Source: Pseudomonadota bacterium
GTDB lineage: Bacteria > Pseudomonadota > Gammaproteobacteria > Steroidobacterales > Steroidobacteraceae
Assembly: GCA_947453225.1 (NCBI GenBank)
Contig: CANGFV010000001.1
Location: forward strand, 2,737 to 66,736
Length of the DNA: 64,000 nucleotides
Direction: 5' to 3'
Of the stretch, positions 37,736 through 47,016 are shown one piece after another (the stretch's first letter is position 1; each line of letters begins with the position of its first letter). A program made the translations under genes and the position numbers. Under the pieces are notes generated by a model that was given only the letters and a program-made list of their open reading frames with translations, searched no databases and had not been told where the DNA came from.

Positions 37736-38131
37736 CTACCAGCAGCCTGTGCGCGCACCAGAAGAGGTAATAGTAAATGTTATGCAGCCAGTATCTGCAT
37801 GTTGAGTTGATGAATTAGGTGCGGTCGCAGTCGCAGTGAATGCTGGGTCTGTGGCCAAGCTGATACTAAGATCGTAATAACCTCCGGCGGTTTTAGAATT
37901 ATTGAACCCTAGGGCACTTAGGTTGTTGGTATAGGTAGAGTTTTGAAGAAAATACTTCTCTTCAGCCACTTGTATTTGCAGCAAAGCCGCTGTTGCCTCT
38001 GTTCGCCGCGCTTTCCGAATATGAGTGGTATAGCTTGGGTAGGCCACCGCAGCTAAGATGGCCACAATGGCAACCACAGCCATGAGTTCGATTAGAGTCA
38101 TCCCGCTATTTTTAGCGCATCTTTTGGTCAT
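37736..38131 (-). CDS. pilE: Type IV pilin-like protein PilE (minor pilin)
   Basis: Prepilin leader MTKRCAKNSG followed by MTLIELMAVVAIVAILAAVAYPSY (class III signal, Glu5). Last gene of the minor-pilin operon. The start was trimmed to avoid overlap with pilY1. Confidence 0.85.
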   Translation of the reverse strand: MTKRCAKNSGMTLIELMAVVAIVAILAAVAYPSYTTHIRKARRTEATAALLQIQVAEEKYFLQNSTYTNNLSALGFNNSKTAGGYYDLSISLATDPAFTATATAPNSSTQHADTGCITFTITSSGARTGCW

Positions 38132-38157
38132 AGATTTGTCATCTTTTAAAATGCGCA

Positions 38158-41100
38158 TTAGTTTGAACCTACTTCGCGCCAATAGGTTTTTATCTTTGAG
38201 CCGAACTCAACACAGCTGTTAAGAATGGATACGCCGGATAAGCAGCCAGTGGATAAAGCGGAAGCACTCGAGCTACTGGAACTGCTGGAGCTTCCCGAGG
38301 TGCCGGAGCTGGCTGAATTGCTCGAACTAGAGTTTGAATTATCTGTACGTACAATTTTGCTCGCATTGATTGAGCTAATCTGTGTGGGTAAACCTGTAGT
38401 GTTGAATGTCTCGAATAAACTATTGAAGTAGGTGGTCCCGGTAGCCAGTTTTATAGCATAGGAACGTGATGTTCCGGTTGTTGGTTGGCATGCGATTGCG
38501 CTCGAGCCCGGTATGAAAGTAGTAAACATTACTGATCCATTCAGCGTACTGGATTGTGCAAGCGATTTCTCAGTTGAAGATAGTAAGAACTTCCAGCCGC
38601 TAGTACTCATGGTGGCAGGTTCTGTCGTACCAGAAATCACCGTTAGGTCACTGTCTTTAATTTTCGTCAGTGATTGATATTGCGAATGGGTTAATGAACC
38701 AAGATTGTAGTCTCGGATAGTGTAAAACCGATCATTAGTCGTGACATTTGATTTTGGCATTGAGCGATCTCCAGAACCAATGGCAATGTTGTAGTAATAG
38801 CTAGTACCATCACTGCTGAGAACTTTGGCGACGTCTGGAGCATTAAAAAAAGTTCGGTTATTAATAATGTCGCCATTGGTTGGCGTCGATACACCCTTAG
38901 CACCGAGAGATGCGATAACGCCTCCTGTTGCTAGATTGCTTGCGGTATTGCCATTTGTTATATCGATTCTCCATAACTGTCCTGCGATGTCGCCCGCATA
39001 TAATCTATCAGTGAAGTTGTCATTATCAGTATCAATGGTCGTGACATTGCTTGGAATGGCATGAGTCATGTCGGCCAGTTTTAGGTTGGCATTTGCGTCA
39101 GATGAATAGCCTGCGCTCCACAAAAGCGTGCCTCGGATAGCATCCACCATATAAATGGCATTGCCGTAAGCATCTCCGGCGGCGATATACCCTTGGCTTT
39201 CTTCGCTGGCATCATAGCCGCCACCAAATATGAGAACAAGCTTCTGTGAATTTTGTGTAGCGCCATTGATTTTCACTCTTGCAAGTGTGGGTGCAGACCA
39301 AGACTGGCTAACCTTGGGTAAAGTGCTATAACCTAGGCTCCACATAAACTTTGGATTGGTTTTGTTAGTGACATCAAGAGCGTAGTAGTTTGAACCTCCA
39401 CGTCCTTGGCTGAAATATAAAATAACTCTATCTCCATCGGCAGTATCGACAATACCGTTGTTATTAACATCGTATTTTAAGACTCGAAGATCACCGTCTA
39501 GGGAGTAGTGCTTTGTTGCAACATCATTATCGATATAGATATTTTTTAAATCAGAAAGTAACTCTTGGGGAATGAAAGACCATTGCTCGATTCCAGTTAC
39601 AACATCAACTGCATGTAAGAAACCATCATTAGTGGCCAAGAAAACAATCGCATCGTTGAGTTTGTCGGTAGCGGTCGTTGCTGAACTACTGTTGCCATAA
39701 ATAACAACTGCGGGTTGTGAATGGATTGGATCACCCATGGATTTACGTACGTCAGTTTGGCTGCTGCTTCCATCTCCATTGGTATCCCCTCTTGTCCAGT
39801 TAATAAGGAAATCTTTACAGGAGGGCGTTGAGCTGGAAGTACAAGATGAGTTTGTTAGCCCGCTAGATACACCTAAGAGCGATGAGGTAATAGCTGTATT
39901 GGATGCTTTAAACAAATGCCCTGAGAGGGCGGCAGGACTTGCAGGTGTGTTGCTGCCGATATAAGTGTAGACATTTCTGGAGGAGGAGCCATTAGGATTT
40001 GGTAATAGATTGGCTGCACCACCCTTGGTGGTCAAATCCTCATTGAGGTCTGTACTCGCTTGCCAGAAATCTGAAGCTGTATTTTTGAAGAAGCCAGTTG
40101 CGGTATCGATGGCACTAGTGGTTTCGTCAGCTAGTCCCGTAGAGAGATTTTTACCGACTACGGCTAAATGAGTGCTGCCTCCCTCAGTGATATTGCGCAT
40201 CTTAAATTTTTTAAGATTGCCGTCCCAGTGAGTGGTTGTACTAGGTTTGAACATGGCAATGTACATGTCCTCAAGAATCTGAGTCTTATTGAAAGAATTT
40301 ACAGCGACGCTTGGCGTTACAAATGTTGCGCTGGTGTCAGCAACGGTTTCGGCAAGAATGCTGTCGAAAGCGCTAGATAAGGTAGAGATATCGCCTGCAG
40401 TCTTAAATTGACCACCGCCAGCAGTAGCAGCGGCAGTGAGATAATTAACGTCAGTTTGGTTGGTTACATCACTACCGAAGCCAATGAAGTGGGTCTTAAC
40501 AGAAGATATGTTTCCACTGATTAGATTATGTGTATACATATAGCCAGCGAGTTTATCTAAACAATTACCACTGCCATTACCGGCAGGTCCGCCGCTACCA
40601 GTGGGGCAACTGGCTCCTGTTAGTGCCTGAATTTCATCATTAGCATCTGTATCACTAGTCGGCTCACCGTCAGTAAGGTAAATAATGTGGTTATTTGCGG
40701 CGCAGACAGAGTCATTATCTAGTGGAGTGTCGTATGTATTACTAGTAAGTAGATTGTTAGTGCGTGAACTGGCAACGCTGGGATAGTTAATTGTTGTAGT
40801 AATGGACGTGTTATTGGTATGTGTTGCCGCAGTAGTGCCATTGACACCACGGATTACCGTAATATCGCTGCCATCAATTCTAGTTATGGTCATCTGCTCA
40901 GAATCAATTTGAAAAGTAATGCCGGCAATTAAATTCACGGGGCTTTGTATGCTAATTTGGGTGCTGGTACTGGATATAATGGCGCTACTTAAAAATAGGG
41001 TATTTATGGTTGCTCCATTGCTGTGAGTGGCAGCAGTGGTGCTGTTATAAGCCCTTGTGACAGTCAGATTGTTGCTGCTTATTGCGGTGATTTTCATCCG

Positions 41101-42246
41101 TTCTGAGTCAATTAGAATGACATCATTAACTGCTAAATAAGTTGCGCTCTGTACGCTAATTGATGTGGTAGTTGTTGAAGTAATTGAAGAGTTGAGTTGA
41201 TAGTTATTAAACGTGCAGCTGCCCGCATTGTCTGTATTTGGGTTAATAATTAGGCTGCATATTTTAGAGCTGTTGCCATACTTAACTGTACCGCCCTTAA
41301 GATAGAGATAGGCCTCATACAAGGTTTCGGAGAGTGGTGTTGAGCCACTAGGTTGAAAAGCATTAACAGTGGTTTTAAGCGAGCTGGCATAGGATGAGTC
41401 AAGGAGTTTAATGGGCTGCATCACCATACCTCCGCTGGCGTTGCTGTCGTAGCGCAATAACCCAACTTTCGCGCCAGTGTCTGTAATTTGATCAACAAGA
41501 GTGGTTACTGCAGATTTGACATCGTCCATTCGCGACCTATTTTCTGCGACGGGAGGTGATTTTTTGTATCTAATATAATTGGGTGAAAAGAACAGGTACT
41601 GACCGCCAATGTTGCCGCCCCCCCACCACTGGCTACCAGAAGAAGTGGTCCACCAAAGGCTTGTTGTACTGCTGTTGTTACCCGTTTTCGGATATTTATT
41701 GTCTACCGTTGAATTGCTCTGACCATATTGTCCATTATCCGCTTTACATTCTACGGCGTAACTAGGTGTGGTAGAGGTAAGGTTAGAACTCCAAGTATAG
41801 TTGTTACCACTTTTAATGATTTGAATGAAGTAGTCGGTTGTGCCGTAATAACCGACTGGCCCCGATAGTGCATCAAGTGCAGCCTTACAATATAGATATG
41901 AATTTTTATTGAAAGACTTTAAACCAGTAGCGCTACATGAGGTGGGTGCATTGCCATTAGATAATGGCCAATAGTACACATTACTGTCGCTACAGCCAGC
42001 GCCATTATCTGAATAACTAGTGCTCGAGTTGTATGGTTGATAGGTCGTTGTAGTTGTTGAATTCATACTGCCTGATGTATCTAGAATGAGCAAAATGTTG
42101 GCATTAATTGGACTTTGGCTGTTGGAACCGCCTCCGAAGAAAACCTCAGTATCATCGGCACGGGCGCTTGGAGGAGAAATTACTGTCAGCAATAAACAAA
42201 TTAGGCAGTAACTTAGTTTAGTGAGTGTGGTGGGTCGGCTGTTCAT
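38158..42246 (-). CDS. pilY1: PilY1-family type IV pilus tip-associated adhesin with an N-terminal vWA domain
   Basis: Signal peptide; MIDAS-like LILDTSGSM; C-terminal PilY1/PilC propeller signature DTDNDNFTDRLYAGDIAGQLWRIDI (Ca-binding-loop type). It lies between pilX and pilE. Confidence 0.9.
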   Translation of the reverse strand: MNSRPTTLTKLSYCLICLLLTVISPPSARADDTEVFFGGGSNSQSPINANILLILDTSGSMNSTTTTTYQPYNSSTSYSDNGAGCSDSNVYYWPLSNGNAPTSCSATGLKSFNKNSYLYCKAALDALSGPVGYYGTTDYFIQIIKSGNNYTWSSNLTSTTPSYAVECKADNGQYGQSNSTVDNKYPKTGNNSSTTSLWWTTSSGSQWWGGGNIGGQYLFFSPNYIRYKKSPPVAENRSRMDDVKSAVTTLVDQITDTGAKVGLLRYDSNASGGMVMQPIKLLDSSYASSLKTTVNAFQPSGSTPLSETLYEAYLYLKGGTVKYGNSSKICSLIINPNTDNAGSCTFNNYQLNSSITSTTTTSISVQSATYLAVNDVILIDSERMKITAISSNNLTVTRAYNSTTAATHSNGATINTLFLSSAIISSTSTQISIQSPVNLIAGITFQIDSEQMTITRIDGSDITVIRGVNGTTAATHTNNTSITTTINYPSVASSRTNNLLTSNTYDTPLDNDSVCAANNHIIYLTDGEPTSDTDANDEIQALTGASCPTGSGGPAGNGSGNCLDKLAGYMYTHNLISGNISSVKTHFIGFGSDVTNQTDVNYLTAAATAGGGQFKTAGDISTLSSAFDSILAETVADTSATFVTPSVAVNSFNKTQILEDMYIAMFKPSTTTHWDGNLKKFKMRNITEGGSTHLAVVGKNLSTGLADETTSAIDTATGFFKNTASDFWQASTDLNEDLTTKGGAANLLPNPNGSSSRNVYTYIGSNTPASPAALSGHLFKASNTAITSSLLGVSSGLTNSSCTSSSTPSCKDFLINWTRGDTNGDGSSSQTDVRKSMGDPIHSQPAVVIYGNSSSATTATDKLNDAIVFLATNDGFLHAVDVVTGIEQWSFIPQELLSDLKNIYIDNDVATKHYSLDGDLRVLKYDVNNNGIVDTADGDRVILYFSQGRGGSNYYALDVTNKTNPKFMWSLGYSTLPKVSQSWSAPTLARVKINGATQNSQKLVLIFGGGYDASEESQGYIAAGDAYGNAIYMVDAIRGTLLWSAGYSSDANANLKLADMTHAIPSNVTTIDTDNDNFTDRLYAGDIAGQLWRIDITNGNTASNLATGGVIASLGAKGVSTPTNGDIINNRTFFNAPDVAKVLSSDGTSYYYNIAIGSGDRSMPKSNVTTNDRFYTIRDYNLGSLTHSQYQSLTKIKDSDLTVISGTTEPATMSTSGWKFLLSSTEKSLAQSSTLNGSVMFTTFIPGSSAIACQPTTGTSRSYAIKLATGTTYFNSLFETFNTTGLPTQISSINASKIVRTDNSNSSSSNSASSGTSGSSSSSSSSSASALSTGCLSGVSILNSCVEFGSKIKTYWREVGSN
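40795..41163 (-). repeat. Tandem duplication of a ~55-aa module inside pilY1
   Basis: SISVQSATYLAVNDVILIDSERMKITAISSNNLTVTRAYNSTTAATHSNGATIN versus QISIQSPVNLIAGITFQIDSEQMTITRIDGSDITVIRGVNGTTAATHTNNTSIT. Shared pattern: IS.QS...L......IDSE.M.IT.I.....TV.R..N.TTAATH.N. Confidence 0.8.
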
Positions 42247-42283
42247 GCTTTAACCTATGGTGATTTCAATAGAGTTAAATTTG

Positions 42284-42772
42284 CTAGCAGGTGCTGTCTA
42301 AATTTGTAGTCGTACTGCAAGCATTTTCATCGTATGTCAATTCGTTTGATCGTTTAACGACCTCATATATTTCTTGCATAACTTTCGCTGACGATGAGCG
42401 TTCTGCGGTTCCTGTTGAGGTTATATGGTAGTAGACTGCACCAAAAGTTCCTTCACTATTGCCAAGCGATGTCATCTCGACTTTACCGCTATTTGCTAGG
42501 TCGATTGTGTAGCTATATAAATTATTTGATTTGGTAAATGGGAAAGTTTCTGGTGCGTCAAAATTACCATTCTTTATCGCATCAGCAAGCCCAGCTTCGG
42601 CATTTGCTAGGGCTCGTGTCCGATACTGCTCATTGCCAGCCATGATCAAATCTAGCGTAGCGGTATTCATGCTAGAGATGGCAAGTAGGCTCAGGGCAAC
42701 GAGTAGGATTAGTGCAACAATGAGTGCAGCGCCTCTGTGTTTTGAATGAGATGAGATAATAAAAGTACTCAT
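42284..42772 (-). CDS. pilX: Type IV pilus minor pilin PilX
   Basis: RGAALIVALILLVALSLLAISSMNTATLDLIMAGNEQ matches the PilX N-terminal domain pattern. Position in the operon is consistent. Confidence 0.8.
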   Translation of the reverse strand: MSTFIISSHSKHRGAALIVALILLVALSLLAISSMNTATLDLIMAGNEQYRTRALANAEAGLADAIKNGNFDAPETFPFTKSNNLYSYTIDLANSGKVEMTSLGNSEGTFGAVYYHITSTGTAERSSSAKVMQEIYEVVKRSNELTYDENACSTTTNLDSTC

Positions 42773-42795
42773 TAGAATAGTAAGTCTTATATGTT

Positions 42796-43767
42796 TTAAG
42801 CGTTGCGTATAAAAATTGTCTTTGCGATTAATATTCTGCGGAAGTGATCATTCGGTGCGTAATTTGATCTATCTGCATATGAGTAGGTTCGATCATCGGT
42901 AAATGACATGTCTTGTTTGTCGCTTCTTACCAGTAGCCATACGCGTACCGATACGATACGACCTGTAGTGGGCAGATCGTTAGGTGAAACATAGCGAACT
43001 ACACTTGGTGTGTCAGAAGGACCGGTGCCATTATCCCATCCGAGTTCAATCTGCATGTCTTCTACACCAGTAATAATTTCAGTGTCGATAAAAGATGGCC
43101 CTGAGCTCAGAGTTTGTCGACGTAAAGATGGCGTGCTATTGTCTTGATCAGAGTGCTGATTAATATAGTAACCGTTAGTAATTAGATCTCTAATCTCGCC
43201 ATTTGTGCAGGTTGCGGAGCTGCTTTTAATAAGCGTCAATGCGCCTCTTGTTGAGCAGACTTGTATTTTGTTGCCATCTGGAGTTGAAGGTATATCAGTC
43301 GCAATCACGCGGCGGACTGTGAGGCTATCTGCAGTAGTTGATGCTGTATTATCCTTTGCAGGGCATGTAAGAATGCTCCCATTGTGGCTTAAGTAGCCGG
43401 TGTTAGTTGCCTCGATATATTTGTTAACATCGGTTGCATAGTCGGCGCCACAATAATTTGAGCTATTGCTTGCGCCTATAGTGGTGCGGGCGTTTTTATT
43501 TACAAAGCCTGAGCTGCTGCTGTTAAATCCCCAGTAGCTGGCCATACGAACATCGGCTTCCATGATGCTCATCGCATATCGCGCAGTTTCCTGTAGGCGT
43601 GCAGCGGTGTCATCTACATCGCTGGTTTTCTTGGTGTTGATGTATAAAGTTGTTGCGCCTAGAACGAGAAAGAGACCAATAGTCATCGCGACCATAATTT
43701 CAATAAGGTTCACACCTTGTTGAAAACGGTCGCTTAATTTGCTTGGTAGAATATGTTGCTTGATCAT
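42796..43767 (-). CDS. pilW: Type IV pilus minor pilin PilW
   Basis: Prepilin-type N-terminus QQG/VNLIEIMVAMTIGLFLVLG. Size (323 aa) and position are typical of PilW. Confidence 0.85.
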   Translation of the reverse strand: MIKQHILPSKLSDRFQQGVNLIEIMVAMTIGLFLVLGATTLYINTKKTSDVDDTAARLQETARYAMSIMEADVRMASYWGFNSSSSGFVNKNARTTIGASNSSNYCGADYATDVNKYIEATNTGYLSHNGSILTCPAKDNTASTTADSLTVRRVIATDIPSTPDGNKIQVCSTRGALTLIKSSSATCTNGEIRDLITNGYYINQHSDQDNSTPSLRRQTLSSGPSFIDTEIITGVEDMQIELGWDNGTGPSDTPSVVRYVSPNDLPTTGRIVSVRVWLLVRSDKQDMSFTDDRTYSYADRSNYAPNDHFRRILIAKTIFIRNA

Positions 43768-43775
43768 CTGGTGTT

Positions 43776-44297
43776 CTACACCTGTATTTGAAGCGTGTAG
43801 GTCAAATCGCCGCTATTCTTTTCTTGCCAAATTAGGTCGATCGTTACAGTTGCGGGTGTTGTGGAAGTAGCGGCAGTTACGGTGATGCTGCGTGACACCA
43901 GGCCGGGTAAGTTCATTCCTCTTGTTGTGTCATAAATCATATTATCCCATTGGTATTTATCATAGAGTGCTATCTGTGCGGCCGAACAAATTACAGTTGT
44001 TGTAGAACAATCGGGGTTAGGTAATGCAGTTTTAGTAGTAGATATTGTTAGGGCATAGTTATTTAATCCACTTGGATTAGCGCGAATACGGTCGGCCATA
44101 TCTTGCGCAAGGATGACTGCTTTCATTCTGGATAGAGAGGTTGTTTTTGCTTGTAGAGCGGTAACGTATAAAGAAGCAATACCGAGAAGACCAACGCTTA
44201 AGATGACGAGTGCAACTAATACTTCAATAAGTCCGACGCCTTTTTGAATCGATAATTTGCTTTGTTTACAAGTATGCGTGATAGGTGTAATTCTCAT
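43776..44297 (-). CDS. pilV: Type IV pilus minor pilin PilV
   Basis: QKG/VGLIEVLVALVILSVGLLGIASL N-terminus. 173 aa. Confidence 0.85.
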   Translation of the reverse strand: MRITPITHTCKQSKLSIQKGVGLIEVLVALVILSVGLLGIASLYVTALQAKTTSLSRMKAVILAQDMADRIRANPSGLNNYALTISTTKTALPNPDCSTTTVICSAAQIALYDKYQWDNMIYDTTRGMNLPGLVSRSITVTAATSTTPATVTIDLIWQEKNSGDLTYTLQIQV

Positions 44298-44300
44298 AAG

Positions 44301-44936
44301 TTAGCCTCCCGCATAGCATGTGGACTTAAGGCTTTGCATGGTCAAGCGATTAAGTAGGCTGTTTATATTGACTATCGTCGTTAGGATCTTTGCTCGACCA
44401 GTCGCAGTAATATCTAAAGCTCTGGCTACAGATTGGGCAGTGCTTGTGTTTGTGCTGCCACTCCCATCCACGTTCTTGCGAGAGTCGCAGATCACAACAG
44501 TATCCATATGATTGGCTGAAGCTGGGTAGCCAGATGAATTATAGGAGAGGGATTTATTTTGATCAGCCAATAAGTATATTTTTGATGAATCTACAGTTTT
44601 TGAGTCAATGATTGTTTCAGCTGAGTCTTTAATTTCGTCTTTGTCAGTGTCTGCAAATACAATCCATCCTGTTGGCGTTCCTGTCGTACAGGCAGAAGAT
44701 GAATCTGTAAAACAGATTGCAACATTCGCTTGTCGTTTGAGTGCCTCGCTACGCGCTAATTGAAATGAGCTCATTAACGATTGAGCCGTGCTTTTAATTC
44801 GATTATTCAGAATGAAGGTTCTGAAGTTGGGCACAGCAACCGTCGCCAAGATAGCGACGATCGAAACCGTGATCACTAACTCTATGAGCGTAAAGCCAAT
44901 TTGCGGGCGTATATTGCTGCGGCAATCTATTTTCAT
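44301..44936 (-). CDS. fimT: GspH/FimT-family minor pilin (FimT/FimU)
   Basis: Start at MKIDCRSNIRPQIG/FTLIELVITVSIVAILATVAVPNF. The 297-aa ORF-track version runs through the lexA promoter and into lexA, so it is not credible. Confidence 0.8.
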   Translation of the reverse strand: MKIDCRSNIRPQIGFTLIELVITVSIVAILATVAVPNFRTFILNNRIKSTAQSLMSSFQLARSEALKRQANVAICFTDSSSACTTGTPTGWIVFADTDKDEIKDSAETIIDSKTVDSSKIYLLADQNKSLSYNSSGYPASANHMDTVVICDSRKNVDGSGSTNTSTAQSVARALDITATGRAKILTTIVNINSLLNRLTMQSLKSTCYAGG

Positions 44937-45064
44937 GCGCGCGACTGTACCCGAACCTTGCGGTGAAGATGGGGATGTCCGATATTCGGTCGGCTGTGGC
45001 AGATAAGCGGTTGCACTAGGGTTAGGGGTAGGTCGAGTCAGCGCTTGCCATTTCAAATGGGGTG

Positions 45065-45097
45065 CTGTATAAAAACACATACTGTGTATTTGGCCAC
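45065..45097. promoter_or_regulatory. Two adjacent SOS-box-like (LexA operator) sites upstream of lexA
   Basis: CTGTATAAAAACACAT (45065-45080) and CTGTGTATTTGGCCAC (45082-45097), compared with the consensus CTGT-N8-ACAG. The CTGT halves are perfect; the distal halves are imperfect (ACAT, CCAC). The sites lie 50-85 nt upstream of the lexA ATG. Confidence 0.45.
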
Positions 45098-45147
45098 GTG
45101 CCCAAAAGGTTCGAAATAGGCCGGTTATCCTAACTTTGGGGGCGTCT

Positions 45148-45777
45148 ATGTCCGAACAGCTCACTCCGCGCCAAGCGCAAATTCTTCGCTTCATTCAGGA
45201 CACGCTGGGTGAGTCGGGCATGCCGCCCACCCGTGCCGAAATTGCTCAGGCGTTTAAGTTCAAGTCAGCTAATGCAGCTGAAGAGCATCTGCGAGCGATG
45301 GCGCGTAAAGGGGTGCTTGAGTTACTGCCTGGCGCATCGCGGGGTATTCAGCTTAAAGATGAGTTGCGTGAAGAAGTCGGGCTGCCGCTGATTGGTCGAG
45401 TGGCCGCCGGTCATCCCATTTTGGCTGAGCAAAACATCCAAGCGCATTACCAGATTGACCCCAAGCTATTCCATCCTCGACCGCATTATTTGCTCAAAGT
45501 GCGTGGCATGAGTATGAAAAATATCGGCATCATGGATGGTGATTTGGTGGCGGTACATCGCACGCCCGAGGTGCGTAATCGTCAGGTGGTGGTAGCGCGT
45601 CTTGAGGAAGATGTCACGGTGAAGCGTTACAAGCAGGTGGGTTCAGTTGTTTGGTTGATGCCAGAAAATGAGGATTTTGAGCCGATTAAGGTGGATATTC
45701 GTGAGCAGCCTTTAATCATTGAGGGTGTGGTTGTGGGTGTGTTGCGCACCGGTGACTCAGCGGGTTTATTGCAGTAA
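45148..45777 (+). CDS. lexA: LexA repressor
   Basis: [14 protein letters not shown] wHTH N-terminus, Ala-Gly cleavage site (RVAAGHP), and S24 peptidase Ser (RGMSM) and Lys (VKRY). ATG at 45148. Confidence 0.95.
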   Translation: MSEQLTPRQAQILRFIQDTLGESGMPPTRAEIAQAFKFKSANAAEEHLRAMARKGVLELLPGASRGIQLKDELREEVGLPLIGRVAAGHPILAEQNIQAHYQIDPKLFHPRPHYLLKVRGMSMKNIGIMDGDLVAVHRTPEVRNRQVVVARLEEDVTVKRYKQVGSVVWLMPENEDFEPIKVDIREQPLIIEGVVVGVLRTGDSAGLLQ

Positions 45778-45909
45778 TTGATGATTTTGTAACGTGCTTT
45801 GCTTTGGGTAGACCGTAGTGGTCAGGCTGTCTCACTGCGGCAACGCTTGCACAATCGTCACTATCTCGCCACACTCTATTGATCAGAGTGATTGGCAAGA
45901 TCGAAATAG

Positions 45910-47016
45910 ATGACGGAAAAATCCACATGTCTCGCTTTTGCTGCAGATCAGGCTTCGCGGCAGCGTCTTGAAAAATGGTTGGGGTCTCTAGGTCATGAGT
46001 TGATCTGGGTGGCAGACCTCAATCAATTACATTCCCATCCTGCAGTTGAATACAGCCAGTTGTTGTTTGTTCATGTGGCGAATCAATCCGCTCTGGAGTC
46101 GTGTCGTATCTTGCGCACGCATTTGTCCACGGCGCTAATTCCGCAAGTGGCTGTGGTGGATTCTGATCAGTGGCGTATGGCTGCATATGAAGCGGGCATG
46201 GATGCGGTATTTTTAACGACAGCGCAATCTCAAGATATTCAGGCGCAACTGGATGCCTTATTAGTGCGTAGATATTTCTTGCAGCAAGGTATGGCGCAAC
46301 AAATTAAAGCCGCTGAACAAGGGCGAGTTCAAGTTAGAAACGTGTTTTCACGTTATGTGTCGCCTCAAGTAGTAGATCGTCTGCTGACCGGTTCTACTGA
46401 CATTATCCAAGGTGATATAGGGCAAAAGCTTAATGCCTCAGTTCTATTTGCTGATATGCGCGGTTTCACTGCCGTGGCTGAACAATTAAGTGCCACGCAG
46501 GTGTTCGAATTACTCAATGAGTTTTTTGCCTTACTCACTTCAGTGGCAGTACAGCATGCGGGAACAGTCTTTAACATGGCCGGTGACTCATTGATGGTGG
46601 GTTTTGGCGTGCCTGTGCCTCAAGCAGATGCATCAGCACGGTCGATTCGTGCTGCGTGTGAGATGCAGGCTGGATTTGTGTCACTGGCCGAGCAATGGAC
46701 ACAAAGATACGGCGTCGAAACGGGACTGGGCATTGGCATCAATCACGGTGAAGTGATTGCTGGCAATATTGGTTCAGCACAGTACATGAGTTACACGCTA
46801 ATTGGCGATACGGTAAATATTGCAGCACGGTTGAGTCAGCGTGCGCGAGCCGGTGAAGTGCTGTTTACGCGTGGATTGCAGCAATCGCTAGAGCTGTCTG
46901 GCGTTGAGCTTGCTGTGCCTGTCATTAGTTTGCCGCCTTTAACCCTACGCGGCAGAAGTAACCCTATTGATATTTATTGCGTACCTACTGATAGTCGCAT
47001 TGAGTTACCTGTTTAG
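45910..47016 (+). CDS. Class III adenylate/guanylate cyclase with an N-terminal receiver-like (apparently non-phosphorylatable) domain
   Basis: CYCc domain: ASVLFADMRGFTAVAE ... NMAGDSLMVGFGVP ... GINHGEVIAGNIGS ... YTLIGDTVNIAARL. The N-terminal ~120 aa have a CheY-like alternating pattern, with LLFVHV where the acceptor Asp is expected. Confidence 0.85.
   Translation: MTEKSTCLAFAADQASRQRLEKWLGSLGHELIWVADLNQLHSHPAVEYSQLLFVHVANQSALESCRILRTHLSTALIPQVAVVDSDQWRMAAYEAGMDAVFLTTAQSQDIQAQLDALLVRRYFLQQGMAQQIKAAEQGRVQVRNVFSRYVSPQVVDRLLTGSTDIIQGDIGQKLNASVLFADMRGFTAVAEQLSATQVFELLNEFFALLTSVAVQHAGTVFNMAGDSLMVGFGVPVPQADASARSIRAACEMQAGFVSLAEQWTQRYGVETGLGIGINHGEVIAGNIGSAQYMSYTLIGDTVNIAARLSQRARAGEVLFTRGLQQSLELSGVELAVPVISLPPLTLRGRSNPIDIYCVPTDSRIELPV

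Noticed and set aside
44937-45194. N-terminal 85-aa extension of the fimT ORF (the 297-aa version in the track).
   Set aside because: The extension runs through the lexA promoter and SOS boxes and overlaps the lexA start. A prepilin leader plus FTLIELV motif begins right after the internal Met at 44936.
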